This document shows positions 9,981-20,942 of a stretch of 64,000 nt of DNA, in pieces. The notes beneath the pieces are model-generated. The model was not told where the DNA came from. It ran no database searches and worked only from the letters and a program-made list of their open reading frames with translations. The translations under genes were made by a program, and so were the position numbers. Position 1 is the stretch's first letter; each line of letters begins with the position of its first letter. Source of the stretch: Phycisphaerales bacterium (lineage in GTDB: Bacteria; Planctomycetota; Phycisphaerae; Phycisphaerales; UBA1924); contig JBQLZO010000097.1 in NCBI GenBank assembly GCA_052168315.1, positions 65,778 to 129,777 of the forward strand, read 5' to 3'.

Positions 9981-10009
9981 TTGACATCGCATGGGGAATG
10001 AGCGATACT
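9981..10009 (+). promoter_or_regulatory. candidate sigma-70-like promoter (TTGACA-N17-GATACT) upstream of the PEP-CTERM-like gene
   Basis: TTGACA at 9981-9986, a 17-nt spacer and GATACT at 10004-10009, about 130 nt upstream of the ATG at 10138. Promoter consensus sequences are not validated for this lineage. Confidence 0.3.
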
Positions 10010-10137
10010 GCCCGTGTGATCGCCCGCATTGTGCGTTCGCGGTCGTGGCGTGGCCCTGCACGTCATTGGAGAAGAGACGCGTCGGGGCCTCGGCCCGAGC
10101 GACACAGTTTGAGATTCACTTGAGGAGAGGTGTGTCC

Positions 10138-10803
10138 ATGAAATCCATCCTTTGCGGAGCAACCGTTCTGGCTCTGGCGGGAACCGCTTCGGCGGCCTCG
10201 TTTGTCCAATCGCTTCCGTACGGCGGCTCGCTTTCGCCGTACCAGGCCACGCTGCAGTTCCAGCAGCTCGATGAGTCCACCCTTGGGCTCGGGCCGGACG
10301 AATTCATCGTCGTGAAGTCGGTCATCGTCACCGTCGATGGTGAGATCACCGCCAATGTCACGGCCGAGAACGATTCCGACATCGCTGCTCCGGACTTCGG
10401 CGTGAACCTCACCGGGTTCACCAGCGCGTCCATCACCGGTGCCTCGGCCAGCTTCAACATCTTCCAGGTCGCGTCCTCCGGTGGCGTCGCCGCTTCTGAC
10501 GGCGTTGCCGGCTCCGGCCCCGACTTCTTCGACTTCGGGCAGCTCGCCGACTCCGACTCGGACGATGACAAGACCTTCGGTCCGTTCGACGATTTCCTCG
10601 GCAACGGCACCTTCGATGCGGTGGTCTTCGCCTCGGGCGGCTTCGCCGTGACCGGTGCGACCGACTCGACCCTCGAGGTCACCGACTTCCAGACCAACGG
10701 CACCGTGACCGTTGAGATCATCTACAACATCATCCCGACCCCGGGAGCGATGGCCCTCTTCGGCGTCGCCGGCCTCGCCGCCGTTCGCCGCCGCCGCGCC
10801 TGA
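10138..10803 (+). CDS. secreted protein with a PEP-CTERM-like C-terminal sorting signal (PTP variant)
   Basis: A GAGGAGAGG Shine-Dalgarno sequence precedes the ATG at 10138, and the N-terminus is a signal peptide (MKSILCGATVLALAGTASAAS). The C-terminus IPTPGAMALFGVAGLAAVRRRRA has the Pro-rich motif, hydrophobic helix and Arg cluster arrangement of PEP-CTERM anchors, with T in place of E. A paralogue lies at 26856-27824. Confidence 0.7.
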   Translation: MKSILCGATVLALAGTASAASFVQSLPYGGSLSPYQATLQFQQLDESTLGLGPDEFIVVKSVIVTVDGEITANVTAENDSDIAAPDFGVNLTGFTSASITGASASFNIFQVASSGGVAASDGVAGSGPDFFDFGQLADSDSDDDKTFGPFDDFLGNGTFDAVVFASGGFAVTGATDSTLEVTDFQTNGTVTVEIIYNIIPTPGAMALFGVAGLAAVRRRRA

Positions 10804-10836
10804 GATTCAGGCCAAGAGTTCACACTGATCTCTCAC

Positions 10837-10874
10837 AACGCCCTCTGCTTAGCTGGAGGGCGTTGTTGTTTTTG
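10837..10874 (+). terminator. rho-independent terminator after the PEP-CTERM-like gene
   Basis: 9-bp stem AACGCCCTC / GAGGGCGTT with a 10-nt loop, followed by GTTGTTTTTG. Confidence 0.55.
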
Positions 10875-11014
10875 CCGTTCTGCGTCCATCAGTACCGCGG
10901 GCTTCCATGCCGAACTTCTTCAGAGCTCCATCATGCTCCCGACACCCACGCCGACGACTGCTTGATCGGGCGCCGATGCTCAACACACTCGATTGAATGA
11001 GCCCCCCCTGCCTT

Positions 11015-12274
11015 TCAGGAGCCCGGATGGAACTGGGTCCCGAGAGCAAGAGAGTCGGCCAGTTCTCGGTAGGCCTCGCGGATCTCCTGTTTCCCCGGCA
11101 GCCCCCGAAGCCGTCGCGCCAGGCGCGTCGCCAGTGTCCCCGAGCTGAGGAGTCGATCGATCTCGGCGTGGAACGGACTCCCCGGTGGAACCAGCCGTTC
11201 GAAGAGGTGTCTCAACAGATCATCGGCGTGCATCGATCGCTGCTCCACACCGAAGGCACGGAGGAACTCGCGATCGCTGATTTGCGTCCGCTCAGCGGTC
11301 TGGATGGTCTCAAGAAGTATCGCGTGCAGCGGCCTGACCGCAAACCCTCGCTGGAACTCGGTCTCGCTCAGGGTCTCATCGGCCAGACCACGAACGATCG
11401 CGGTCACGAGCGCCAACACCGCGAGATCAGCGCTCGGGCACTCTTGATTGTCGATCAACCGGATCTCAATGGAACCTCGGTCGAATCTGGACATCCCACC
11501 GCGAGCATTGGCGAACGGGTGACGGAGCACCCCATCAGGATCGAGTGGCGCGAGTTGGTCGTAGAGCGGATCCATGATCTCACGCTCGTGTGCCTCCCGT
11601 GAGTACACGGGCTCCGGGATCACCAGCCCGGCCATCATCGGAACGCGGGTGGAGTTCGTGCGGTACACCTCCAACCGGTAGTTGGCCAGCGAGGTGAACC
11701 GCCCTTCCGCGATCGGTGAAGCGGCCGCGATCGCCGGAATCAGTGGGAGTACGAGCCGGACGGCCGCGTGGAGGTGGGCGTACTCTTCGTCGTTTGCGAA
11801 CGGCAGATTGATGTGCGTGGACTGGAGATTCCCCCAGCCGTGCCCGCGGCATCCGAAGATGCGATCGTACGCGGCGTAGATCTCGTTGTTCTCGTGCGGC
11901 CAGAGGCGCGTCTCCGTATTCGGATCCATCCACGGGTGCATCCCGCCCGGCAGCAGGCAGCATCCCATGCCGGACAGCGCCTCGTTGGCAAGCCGGACAT
12001 GTCGTTGGAACTCCTCACTCAGGCCGACCAGGGTCGGATGGGGCCGTGCGGTCTTGAACTCGACCACGTGCAGCGCGAGTTCATTGCACCATCCGACGAT
12101 CGAGCCAGGGCCGTCGGGTTCCGATTCGCAAGCGCCGGCTTGGCCCGTGATGGACTCGAACAAGCGGTCGGCGACGGGGCGGATATCGAGTGTCTCCCGA
12201 TCGACGATCATGTACTCAAGCTCGACCCCGAAGGCCTGGAACATGCGGATCGGGAACTCGTACTCGCTGCTCAT
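11015..12274 (-). CDS. GCS2-family carboxylate-amine ligase (glutamate-cysteine ligase family 2 / YbdK-like)
   Basis: The N-terminal FGVELEYMIVD signature of the GCS2/YbdK amidoligases is present in a protein of 419 aa. It is the last gene of a three-gene minus-strand operon. Confidence 0.8.
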   Translation of the reverse strand: MSSEYEFPIRMFQAFGVELEYMIVDRETLDIRPVADRLFESITGQAGACESEPDGPGSIVGWCNELALHVVEFKTARPHPTLVGLSEEFQRHVRLANEALSGMGCCLLPGGMHPWMDPNTETRLWPHENNEIYAAYDRIFGCRGHGWGNLQSTHINLPFANDEEYAHLHAAVRLVLPLIPAIAAASPIAEGRFTSLANYRLEVYRTNSTRVPMMAGLVIPEPVYSREAHEREIMDPLYDQLAPLDPDGVLRHPFANARGGMSRFDRGSIEIRLIDNQECPSADLAVLALVTAIVRGLADETLSETEFQRGFAVRPLHAILLETIQTAERTQISDREFLRAFGVEQRSMHADDLLRHLFERLVPPGSPFHAEIDRLLSSGTLATRLARRLRGLPGKQEIREAYRELADSLALGTQFHPGS

Positions 12275-12312
12275 GGTCGTCGCTCACGCATTGGAGGTGG
12301 AATTGCCAGAGA

Positions 12313-13763
<1,451 letters not shown>

Positions 13764-13767
<4 letters not shown>

Positions 13768-14834
13768 GCCTCATCCTCACGACTCGGTGCGGAGCGATCT
13801 GTCGGCGGCCGCACCGCGGTGCTGTTCTCGGGATCGGCATGCTCCCGTCCCAACGGCTCGAGCACCAGCATGTTCGCGTCGTAGGTGATGATTCCGAGCA
13901 TGATGGACGCGATGAGCCGGGCCATCGGCACCGTGTAGTTCCGGCGCGCGAATCCGGGGTTGTTCTCGAGCGGATCCGCGATGTAGCACACTCGACGGAC
14001 CGGATCGTATCCGTGGAGGATCACGAAGTGCCCCGCGGGCTCGCCGCGGATGTCATCATCATCATCGTTCGGTCCGAACTCCCGGCAGGACTGGTAGAGA
14101 AATGTGGATGAGACTCCCGTGAGGATGGGTCGCCCATGCCGGAGGTGGCCAACGATCAGCCGCGAGGTCGCATCCTCGAACCGGACCTCGCCCCCGAGCG
14201 CGATGAACTCGAGATACGCCTCCGTTGCTGCACGGAACTTTGGGTTGCCGGCCCCCTTGAAAGCGGCCTGCTGCCTCAGCTTCTCGCTCAATAGCTCCGG
14301 ATCGCCGGCGCGCTTTCCGCCGCGGAACCAGGTCGGATCGAACAGATTGACATTGAAAGTGGTGATCGATGCGCGATACCCGCGGCGGAGCGCGTGCTCG
14401 CCGAGGTTGACCGCGAGGGTGCCGCGCCCCACCCCGGCGTCGTTGAGCGAGCGCACGGTCCGGACGACCTCATCGAGTTCGATGTCGTCTCCCCAATAGC
14501 GGTAGACCGCGTGCAGGCAGGTGGGGCCGCATGTCTCATCGTTGGGCTGGCTGTGGATGCCCAAGTCGAGGATGTGCACGCCCTGATTGGGCGTAGGCGG
14601 GACCGCAGCGCGGTCGCCTTGCGGATCCGATGGCGAACGCGGGTTGTCGGCTGAAGGTGGCATCGGAACTCTGTCGTTCGGGACACCGGCTGATATCGGG
14701 AGTCCGCGGGGACATATGCTGCGTGGTCCGGCGCGTGGAATCGCCCACGCCCGGGGCACGGACTGTATCGCGCTCCGGGCCACGGGAATGCCCAGGGTAC
14801 GATGCCGGGAGGCTGCCATATGGCACCGATCCAC
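13764..14834 (-). CDS. predicted papain-like (BtrH_N/C39-like) cysteine peptidase associated with the amidoligase operon
   Basis: A candidate catalytic Cys lies in HSQPNDETCGPTCLHAVYRYWG and a candidate His in AGHFVILHGYD, with an acidic DDDDD stretch between them. The first ~60 codons are Arg/Pro-rich and probably not coding, so the real start is likely near 14663 or at a non-ATG codon. The stop overlaps the RimK-like start by 4 nt. Confidence 0.55.
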
Positions 14835-14849
14835 CCGGGAGGCACACGG

Positions 14850-16016
14850 ATGGTCACCGACAGCGCTTCGTCACCCATGCCGCGGCCGGCGGAGGCGGCT
14901 TCGGACGCCCCCCCGCGTGTCCGCGGGACCGTGATGGTTCTGCTGGCGTTCGACATCGGCTTCCAGATCGACCTCGACTCGGCCGGTGTCCTGGCCCGGG
15001 ATTCGACCCGCGACAAGGTCGTCCGGGCCCGGCGCCCCGCCCCCGTCTGGTTCGACTACAAGCCGGCACCCCTTCGGCTCCAGACCGAAGGGGAAGCGGT
15101 CAGCGCCGGCGAGCTCCGCTCAGAGCCGCTGGCCGAGGCATTGATCTACGACTTCGGCGGCGCCCTGATCACCTTCCGGCTCCCGCTCGACGCCAGCCTC
15201 GCCGATCTGCCGAGCATCGCCTCGGCGTTGTACGACTGCCCCCAGATGCTCGCCGAGGCCCGCGCCCGTATTGAGTCGATCATGTCGTGGATGCGCCCCT
15301 CGATCGAGCGACCCGCCTTGAGGGAGATGTACGAGGACTATGTCGTGTTCGCGATCACGCGTCTGGGCGATGAGCCAGCGGGGACTTCGCCGACGCCCAG
15401 CGGGGTGCTCGAACGGCACCGTGAGCTGCTGGCCCGCGCCGTCGAGGCCGAGCCAAGCCAGCTCGCGCCCGAGCAGGTCGAGCGTGCGATCGGCGCCAGG
15501 ATGGCCTACGCGGCCACGGATCTGGCAATCGTCGATTGGAATGCGGCCATCCTCTTTGACTCCGATCCCGACGATGTGCTGGCGGTCCTGAAGCATGCGA
15601 ATGTCGAGTTGCTCGAACTCCGCGTGCTCGATGAGGAACTGGATGCGCTGCTGGATCATTCCGATGAGACGCTCTCGAAAATCTCCCGCCGGCGGCTCTG
15701 GCCGTCGTTCGAAGAAACGCGGATGCTCCGGCGGTTTGCGAGCGTGCAGACGGACGCCGCGGTCATGTTCGAGGGTGTGAACAACGCGATCAAGCTCCTC
15801 GGGAATCAGTATCTGGCCCGGCTGTACCGCATGGCCGCCCAGCGAATGGACCTGCCTTCGTGGCAGAGCAGCGTGCAGCGGAAACTCGGCGCGGCCGAGA
15901 GCGTCTACCAGAAAATGTCCGATGTGGCCTCCACGCAGCGGCTGGAGGTGCTCGAATGGGTGATCATCGTGCTGATCGCCGTCTCGATCGTGCTCCCGTT
16001 CACTGGGATCTACTGA
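14850..16016 (+). CDS. hypothetical protein with a C-terminal transmembrane anchor
   Basis: A GGGAGG Shine-Dalgarno sequence lies 8 nt upstream of the ATG at 14850. The C-terminus VLEWVIIVLIAVSIVLPFTGIY is a transmembrane helix. The gene is transcribed divergently from the amidoligase operon. No confident family assignment was possible; a DUF155/RMD1-like fold is possible. Confidence 0.55.
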   Translation: MVTDSASSPMPRPAEAASDAPPRVRGTVMVLLAFDIGFQIDLDSAGVLARDSTRDKVVRARRPAPVWFDYKPAPLRLQTEGEAVSAGELRSEPLAEALIYDFGGALITFRLPLDASLADLPSIASALYDCPQMLAEARARIESIMSWMRPSIERPALREMYEDYVVFAITRLGDEPAGTSPTPSGVLERHRELLARAVEAEPSQLAPEQVERAIGARMAYAATDLAIVDWNAAILFDSDPDDVLAVLKHANVELLELRVLDEELDALLDHSDETLSKISRRRLWPSFEETRMLRRFASVQTDAAVMFEGVNNAIKLLGNQYLARLYRMAAQRMDLPSWQSSVQRKLGAAESVYQKMSDVASTQRLEVLEWVIIVLIAVSIVLPFTGIY

Positions 16017-16098
16017 TTGCCGGATGCGCCGCCGCGGGGGTGACCGCATGAATCCATTTGTATCGCCTCGAGCGTCGTCTCTGATCTTCGGCGATCGG

Positions 16099-16887
16099 TC
16101 ATTCGGGCTGGCGTGGTCCGTTGCGGCGATTTCCGAATGGAAGCCAGCAACCGGCCACGACCATGAGCGCCAGCATCGCCGTGCCTGCGGCGTACACCAC
16201 ACCGCCCCCCACGATGGCGGTGACCCATGCGGAATTGTCGCGCGCCAGCCACTGCCCTGACAGGTCCGCCAGCAGGCCCAAAGATGAGGCGGTGAGGATC
16301 GCCCCCGTCAGCGCGTGCGGGAACCGCGTGAGGAGCGCGAGCCCCGCGAGCACGAGCATAATGATCGCCATGCTCGGCGCGTGCGCGTGCAGCGATGCTG
16401 CGACGATCTTCCGGTCATTGGGGCGAACATCGATCGAATACGCGATCGATCGCACATCGTCCCAGTACTCGAGCGGAACCCGCGGATAGGCGTCTTGCCC
16501 CGTCGCGTTGCGCGCGTGGCAGGAGAGGCACTCGAACGCGATGATCTCCGAGGGCGCATCTTCCCCGAGATCGAGGTTGTCGAAGTCCTGGTCGAGGCGT
16601 TGGCCGGCAAGCCACTCGAGCAGGATCGTTCGTTCGCGATCATCGAGCGATTCGGGATGGCCCGAGCGGAGCGACTCGACCAGCGGGGAAGGCGCGTTCA
16701 CGCCGTGGTACGCGGCCTGGATGTCGTCGATCGTCAGCCCCGCGCGCGAGTCCCGCTGCTCGTAGTGCCACGCCATGTAGACGCCAGACACGAAGTACCC
16801 GCCGAGCAGCACGAGCACGAGCACGGTGATACCGGAGCGCACGAGCGGGTGCTGAGCGTGGAGGTGATGCGTCGTTGCGTTGGGCAT
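16099..16887 (-). CDS. membrane protein with a single CxxCH haem-binding motif (cytochrome c-like)
   Basis: The protein contains ECLSCH and four or five predicted transmembrane helices. It is the last gene of a minus-strand operon with two Tat-exported oxidoreductases and ApbE. Confidence 0.5.
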   Translation of the reverse strand: MPNATTHHLHAQHPLVRSGITVLVLVLLGGYFVSGVYMAWHYEQRDSRAGLTIDDIQAAYHGVNAPSPLVESLRSGHPESLDDRERTILLEWLAGQRLDQDFDNLDLGEDAPSEIIAFECLSCHARNATGQDAYPRVPLEYWDDVRSIAYSIDVRPNDRKIVAASLHAHAPSMAIIMLVLAGLALLTRFPHALTGAILTASSLGLLADLSGQWLARDNSAWVTAIVGGGVVYAAGTAMLALMVVAGCWLPFGNRRNGPRQPE

Positions 16888-16962
16888 GGGTGCTTGGCGC
16901 TGCTTTCGATCGATGTGGGTGCGTCGGGAGGCGGTCCGCGCGGCGCGGCTTTCCGTTGGTGA

Positions 16963-18192
16963 TCATTCGAGGGCGGAGAAGTCGATCTCGATCGGCCGAC
17001 CCTCCATGACCGCGCGATGCGCGGAGATGCCGACGACCGTCGCGCGGGCCGCCTCCTCGACGGTGCACGCGGGCGAGGTTCCATTCGTGATCGCCGCGAT
17101 CCAATCCACGAGCGCGTAGTACTCGGGCGGATGCGGGAGGCCCACGCCCTCTTTGAGCTTGCCCTGCGATGCGAGCTTCGTCGCGTCGGCGATCAGCGTG
17201 ATCCCCTCGTCATTGTGGAACTGCTGGCGATTGGCGTAGACCTCCCAGCCCTGGGTCGGCGCATCGGCCTCCTTGAACATCCAGCCATGCGTCCACGCGA
17301 GCTTGATCGTGGCGTTGGAGCCAAAGAAAACCTCGTGCGTCCCTTCATAGGAACTCGCCAGCGTCGCCTGATACGCCAGCGTGGCGCCGCCGTCGAATTC
17401 AAGGTCGAGCGAGACGGTGTCGGGGATCGTCCGCCCGTCGTTGTGCAGCCGAACGCCGCCGCGCCCCGTGACGCGGAGCGGGTACTTGCCGGTGTACCAA
17501 TGGAACACATCGAACTGCTGAGCCCCCCACTCACCCGGGAGCCCGAGCGAGACCTCCGGATCGAGCTTCCAGTTCACGCGGCTCCACTGGCTCTGATCGC
17601 GCGTGGGCGAGACCCATGTGGTCTTCTGATTCGCCTGCGCTCGCATCATCACGAGCTGCCGGACAGAATCGGACCGGAAGAACCCCCACGCCAGCGCGTA
17701 CACGGGATTGGATCGTCCCTGGAACCCGGCCGCGACCACGCCTCCACTCGCGCGGGCGCCGTCGATGATCGCGCGACAGTCGTCGGGCGTGTGCGCCAGC
17801 GGGCACTCGCAGTACACATGCCTGCCCGCGCCGAAGCACGCCTCGGCGATCTCACGATGCGTGTGCGTGGGCGTGGCGATGACAACGCCATCGACCGGGA
17901 CACCCCCGAGCATGGCCGCGACGCTCGCGTACCCCTGGGCACCTGAGGCGCGGCGGACGCCCGCATCCAGGCGGCGCTCGTCGATGTCGCACACGCTCAC
18001 GACGCTCACGCCCTCGATCTTCTGCAGTTCGCCGATCAATGATCGCCCCTGTCGCCCGGCGCCCACGACACCGATCCGGAGCCCGCCCGGCGGAGCGACC
18101 GATCCAAGGGCGAAACTCGGCATCAGTGCCATGACGGCCAGGCCGCCCGCGGCGGTGGTCAGAAAGTCCCGGCGATTCGGATCGTGGCTCAT
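16963..18192 (-). CDS. Gfo/Idh/MocA family NAD(P)-dependent oxidoreductase, Tat-exported
   Basis: The N-terminus has a twin-arginine signal (RRDFLTTAAGGLAVMALMP), followed by a Rossmann motif (RIGVVGAGRQGRS). The start overlaps the apbE stop (ATGA). Confidence 0.85.
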   Translation of the reverse strand: MSHDPNRRDFLTTAAGGLAVMALMPSFALGSVAPPGGLRIGVVGAGRQGRSLIGELQKIEGVSVVSVCDIDERRLDAGVRRASGAQGYASVAAMLGGVPVDGVVIATPTHTHREIAEACFGAGRHVYCECPLAHTPDDCRAIIDGARASGGVVAAGFQGRSNPVYALAWGFFRSDSVRQLVMMRAQANQKTTWVSPTRDQSQWSRVNWKLDPEVSLGLPGEWGAQQFDVFHWYTGKYPLRVTGRGGVRLHNDGRTIPDTVSLDLEFDGGATLAYQATLASSYEGTHEVFFGSNATIKLAWTHGWMFKEADAPTQGWEVYANRQQFHNDEGITLIADATKLASQGKLKEGVGLPHPPEYYALVDWIAAITNGTSPACTVEEAARATVVGISAHRAVMEGRPIEIDFSALE

Positions 18193-19346
18193 GCAAATGG
18201 GGCCTTCCAGGTGCGAACCCGGCGGGGGTTGGATGGCTCGGAGCGGCCGTGTCCATCAACGGACGAGGGCTCTCGGACCAGTTGATCGTCCGCGAACGAC
18301 CAGCCGCGTCCCTCGAAGCGCCAGCCGTTCGCTGTGTCATGGAGGAGGGTCGCGTACTCGCTCGGCAACGAGGCGGGCCTGGATCCGAGCACTAGAAGCG
18401 CGGTGGACCAGGCGTCCGCGGCCATGGCGGATGGTCCGACGCATGCGGCCTGCCGATCGGATGACGCCGGCTCGCCTGTGCGCGGATCGAGCACATGCTC
18501 GACGGGATCCAAAGCGCGCTCTCCGCGACCGCGGGCCGCGGAGAGCGACAACGCGGCGTCGCGGAGCACGGCGACGGGGGCGCGATCGATCGGGCCGAGC
18601 CGGACACGCCATCCAGAGAGCTGTGGCGGAGCGCCGATCGCGACGATGCTCGAAGTCCCGCCGTGGATGAGGGCGCTGGTGATTCCGAATTCGCGGAGCG
18701 TTGAGACGGCCTCGTCGAGCGCGAGCCCCTTGGCGATCGCGCCGAAGTCCAGCGCCATTTCCGGACGAGAGAACGACACGACCATCCGTTCCTGATCGAT
18801 CTCGACGCCGTCGAATCCACATGAATGAAGGCACAGCTCGGTCCATGCCCATCTGGCGTCGTCGAGCACCCGCCGACGCACCAGCGCGCCGATGCTCGGA
18901 TCGAACGCCCCCGAGGAATCCGCGTGGAGCGAGCGGCACGCGAGCAGGAGGTCCATCATGTCATGGTCGACCCGCACGGGGCGTTCATGGGCCTCGCGAT
19001 TGATCAACGAGACCAGTGAGCCGCGATCGAACACGGAGAGACGGCGGTGCCACTCTTTGATGATGTCCAGCGCCGCCTCGCCGGCGGAGAGCGCATCCGT
19101 CGTGCCCAGGTCGGGCTCGGCGTCCGCGATGATCAGTTCGAACCGCGTGCCCATCGCGCACGCGGCCAGCCGGATCGGCCAGTCGGCCCGCACCCCTCCC
19201 GCCCGACGGCCGCGCGCCAACGCATCCACCGCTTCCCGGCTGGTTCGGCCTGTGTGCATCGCCAGGAGCGTTGTGCGGGCAGTGTCGGACAAGTTCTCGT
19301 TCCACGAATGTGCGCGCAGCCAGGCGGCGATAGGGCTCCATGGCAA
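18189..19346 (-). CDS. apbE: FAD:protein FMN transferase (ApbE family)
   Basis: ApbE family motifs are present: DFGAIAKGLALD, SALIHGGTSSIVAIG and GTRFELIIADAE...ALSAGEAAL. The start may be an internal Met. Confidence 0.8.
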   Translation of the reverse strand: MPWSPIAAWLRAHSWNENLSDTARTTLLAMHTGRTSREAVDALARGRRAGGVRADWPIRLAACAMGTRFELIIADAEPDLGTTDALSAGEAALDIIKEWHRRLSVFDRGSLVSLINREAHERPVRVDHDMMDLLLACRSLHADSSGAFDPSIGALVRRRVLDDARWAWTELCLHSCGFDGVEIDQERMVVSFSRPEMALDFGAIAKGLALDEAVSTLREFGITSALIHGGTSSIVAIGAPPQLSGWRVRLGPIDRAPVAVLRDAALSLSAARGRGERALDPVEHVLDPRTGEPASSDRQAACVGPSAMAADAWSTALLVLGSRPASLPSEYATLLHDTANGWRFEGRGWSFADDQLVREPSSVDGHGRSEPSNPRRVRTWKAPFA

Positions 19347-19358
19347 TCGGTTTCACAG

Positions 19359-20726
19359 TCAGCCGACCCGTGAGGCCCGAAGCGTCTCCGGGTCGAACCG
19401 ATAGGCGTGCCCATCCCAGATCGAGCGGGTGGCCAGATCCACGGCCACCATGACCTTGCTGGCCAGGTCCACATTGCTCGCCGCAGGCTCGCGCGAACGG
19501 ACGCACTCGATCCAGTTCAGGCGCAATTGATCCTGGTCGTTGCCGATGTCCGGGCAGTCGACCTGGCGCGGCTCCATCTCGTCGGCGTAGATCCGCTCCG
19601 GGCGGAGCACGCAGTGACGGCCGCCGAGGTACATGTTCGCCCGGTGCCCGCGCACGAGCGTCTCCAGCCCGACTTCGTTGGCGGTGGAACCGGCGATCAC
19701 CATGGTGTGCCCGTCTTCCCACACGATCGTCAGGTTGACCTGGTCGTGATTCTCCATCTTCTTGTCGACGACATGATTGCCGGTCGCGACCACTCGCACG
19801 GGCCATCCTGAGTTCGTCGCGTAGATCAGCGGGGTCATGACATGGACCAGCAGGTCTCCGATGATCCCGGTCGAGAAGTCCTTGTATCGGCGCCAGCGGG
19901 CGTACACGAGCGGATCCCAGGCCCGCGGGCCGAGGTCCCCGCACCAGGTGTCCCAGTCCAGATTCTCACCCGGCTTCCAGTTGTCATCGAGCCCGTAGTA
20001 GTTCCACTCGCCATCGTACGAGTTGCGGCAGTACGAGGTCTGGCTCCAGACGAGCGGGCCGATCTCGCCCTTGCCGATCAGTGCCCGCGCCTCCTGGTAC
20101 TTCGGAAGCATGATCATCTGCGTGCCGACCTGGAAGATGCGGTCGGGATACTTCAGGACGGTGTCGCGCAGATCCATCCCCGGCCCGAGGCGGAGCGTCA
20201 TCGGCTTCTCGCAGTACACATCTTTGCCGGCGACCAGCGCATCAATGGCGTGCTGTGCGTGCCAGTGCTCGGTCGTCGCCACGAGCACTCCGTGAACATC
20301 GGGGCGGGCGATCAGATCGCGATAGTCGCGCGTCGCCGTGACCTCGATGCCCTGTTCCTGCTCGCAGACTCGCTTCGCGTGCGCCGACTTCAGGTCGTTC
20401 ACATCCGCCACGCCAATGATCTGGGCGTTGCACCGGCCCTGCTTCGTCAGGTTCATGATGGCGTGGCAGTGCCCCGTGCCCATGCCGCCCACGCCGATGA
20501 CGGCGATCCGGACCGGCTCGTCCGGCCCGGGAGGACTGATCCGTCCCGCCTTGACCAGCGGCGCCACCCGACGCTCGGCCTTCGCGGGGCGGGCGCTGCC
20601 GAGCAGCGCCGCGGCACCCGCCATCGCCGCGGTGCTCGCGAGGAACGACCGGCGGGATCGGTCGATGCCCTGCGGGGGCGTGGATCGATCGGCCGCGGAA
20701 TTGTCGTGGTCACTGGAATTCGACAT
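19359..20726 (-). CDS. Gfo/Idh/MocA family oxidoreductase, Tat-exported
   Basis: A GAGGAG Shine-Dalgarno sequence lies 8 nt upstream of the ATG at 20726. The N-terminus has a twin-arginine signal (SRRSFLASTAAMAGAAALLGSARPAKA), followed by a Rossmann motif (RIAVIGVGGMGTGH) and EKP. Confidence 0.85.
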   Translation of the reverse strand: MSNSSDHDNSAADRSTPPQGIDRSRRSFLASTAAMAGAAALLGSARPAKAERRVAPLVKAGRISPPGPDEPVRIAVIGVGGMGTGHCHAIMNLTKQGRCNAQIIGVADVNDLKSAHAKRVCEQEQGIEVTATRDYRDLIARPDVHGVLVATTEHWHAQHAIDALVAGKDVYCEKPMTLRLGPGMDLRDTVLKYPDRIFQVGTQMIMLPKYQEARALIGKGEIGPLVWSQTSYCRNSYDGEWNYYGLDDNWKPGENLDWDTWCGDLGPRAWDPLVYARWRRYKDFSTGIIGDLLVHVMTPLIYATNSGWPVRVVATGNHVVDKKMENHDQVNLTIVWEDGHTMVIAGSTANEVGLETLVRGHRANMYLGGRHCVLRPERIYADEMEPRQVDCPDIGNDQDQLRLNWIECVRSREPAASNVDLASKVMVAVDLATRSIWDGHAYRFDPETLRASRVG

Positions 20727-20942
20727 GCGATACTCCTCTGGCTCCGCTGACTCTTCGGGCATCCCCGCGATGGCGCGCGAGCGCGGCGGGTTCGGCAACG
20801 CCCGGCGGGTTCGGCAACGCCCGACACCCGAACCGGCACGCCCCGCGGGGGATGGGGATCCGTCCGCGCGAACCGGTTCAGAGTACCATGGGTGCGGCGG
20901 CTCGCAAGATCAAACCCCGGACGCCCCGCCCGGAGAGCGACC

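Noticed and set aside
17708-18670. 320-aa plus-strand ORF across the Gfo/Idh/MocA-apbE junction.
   Set aside because: It is an Arg/Pro/Ala-rich antisense artefact.
16963-20726. Possible ApbE flavinylation motif (D-x-x-S/T-G-A-T/S) in the Tat-exported oxidoreductases (for example FDGGATLAY).
   Set aside because: The spacing does not fit the consensus, and no SGAT or TGAT motif is present in any of the three neighbouring proteins.
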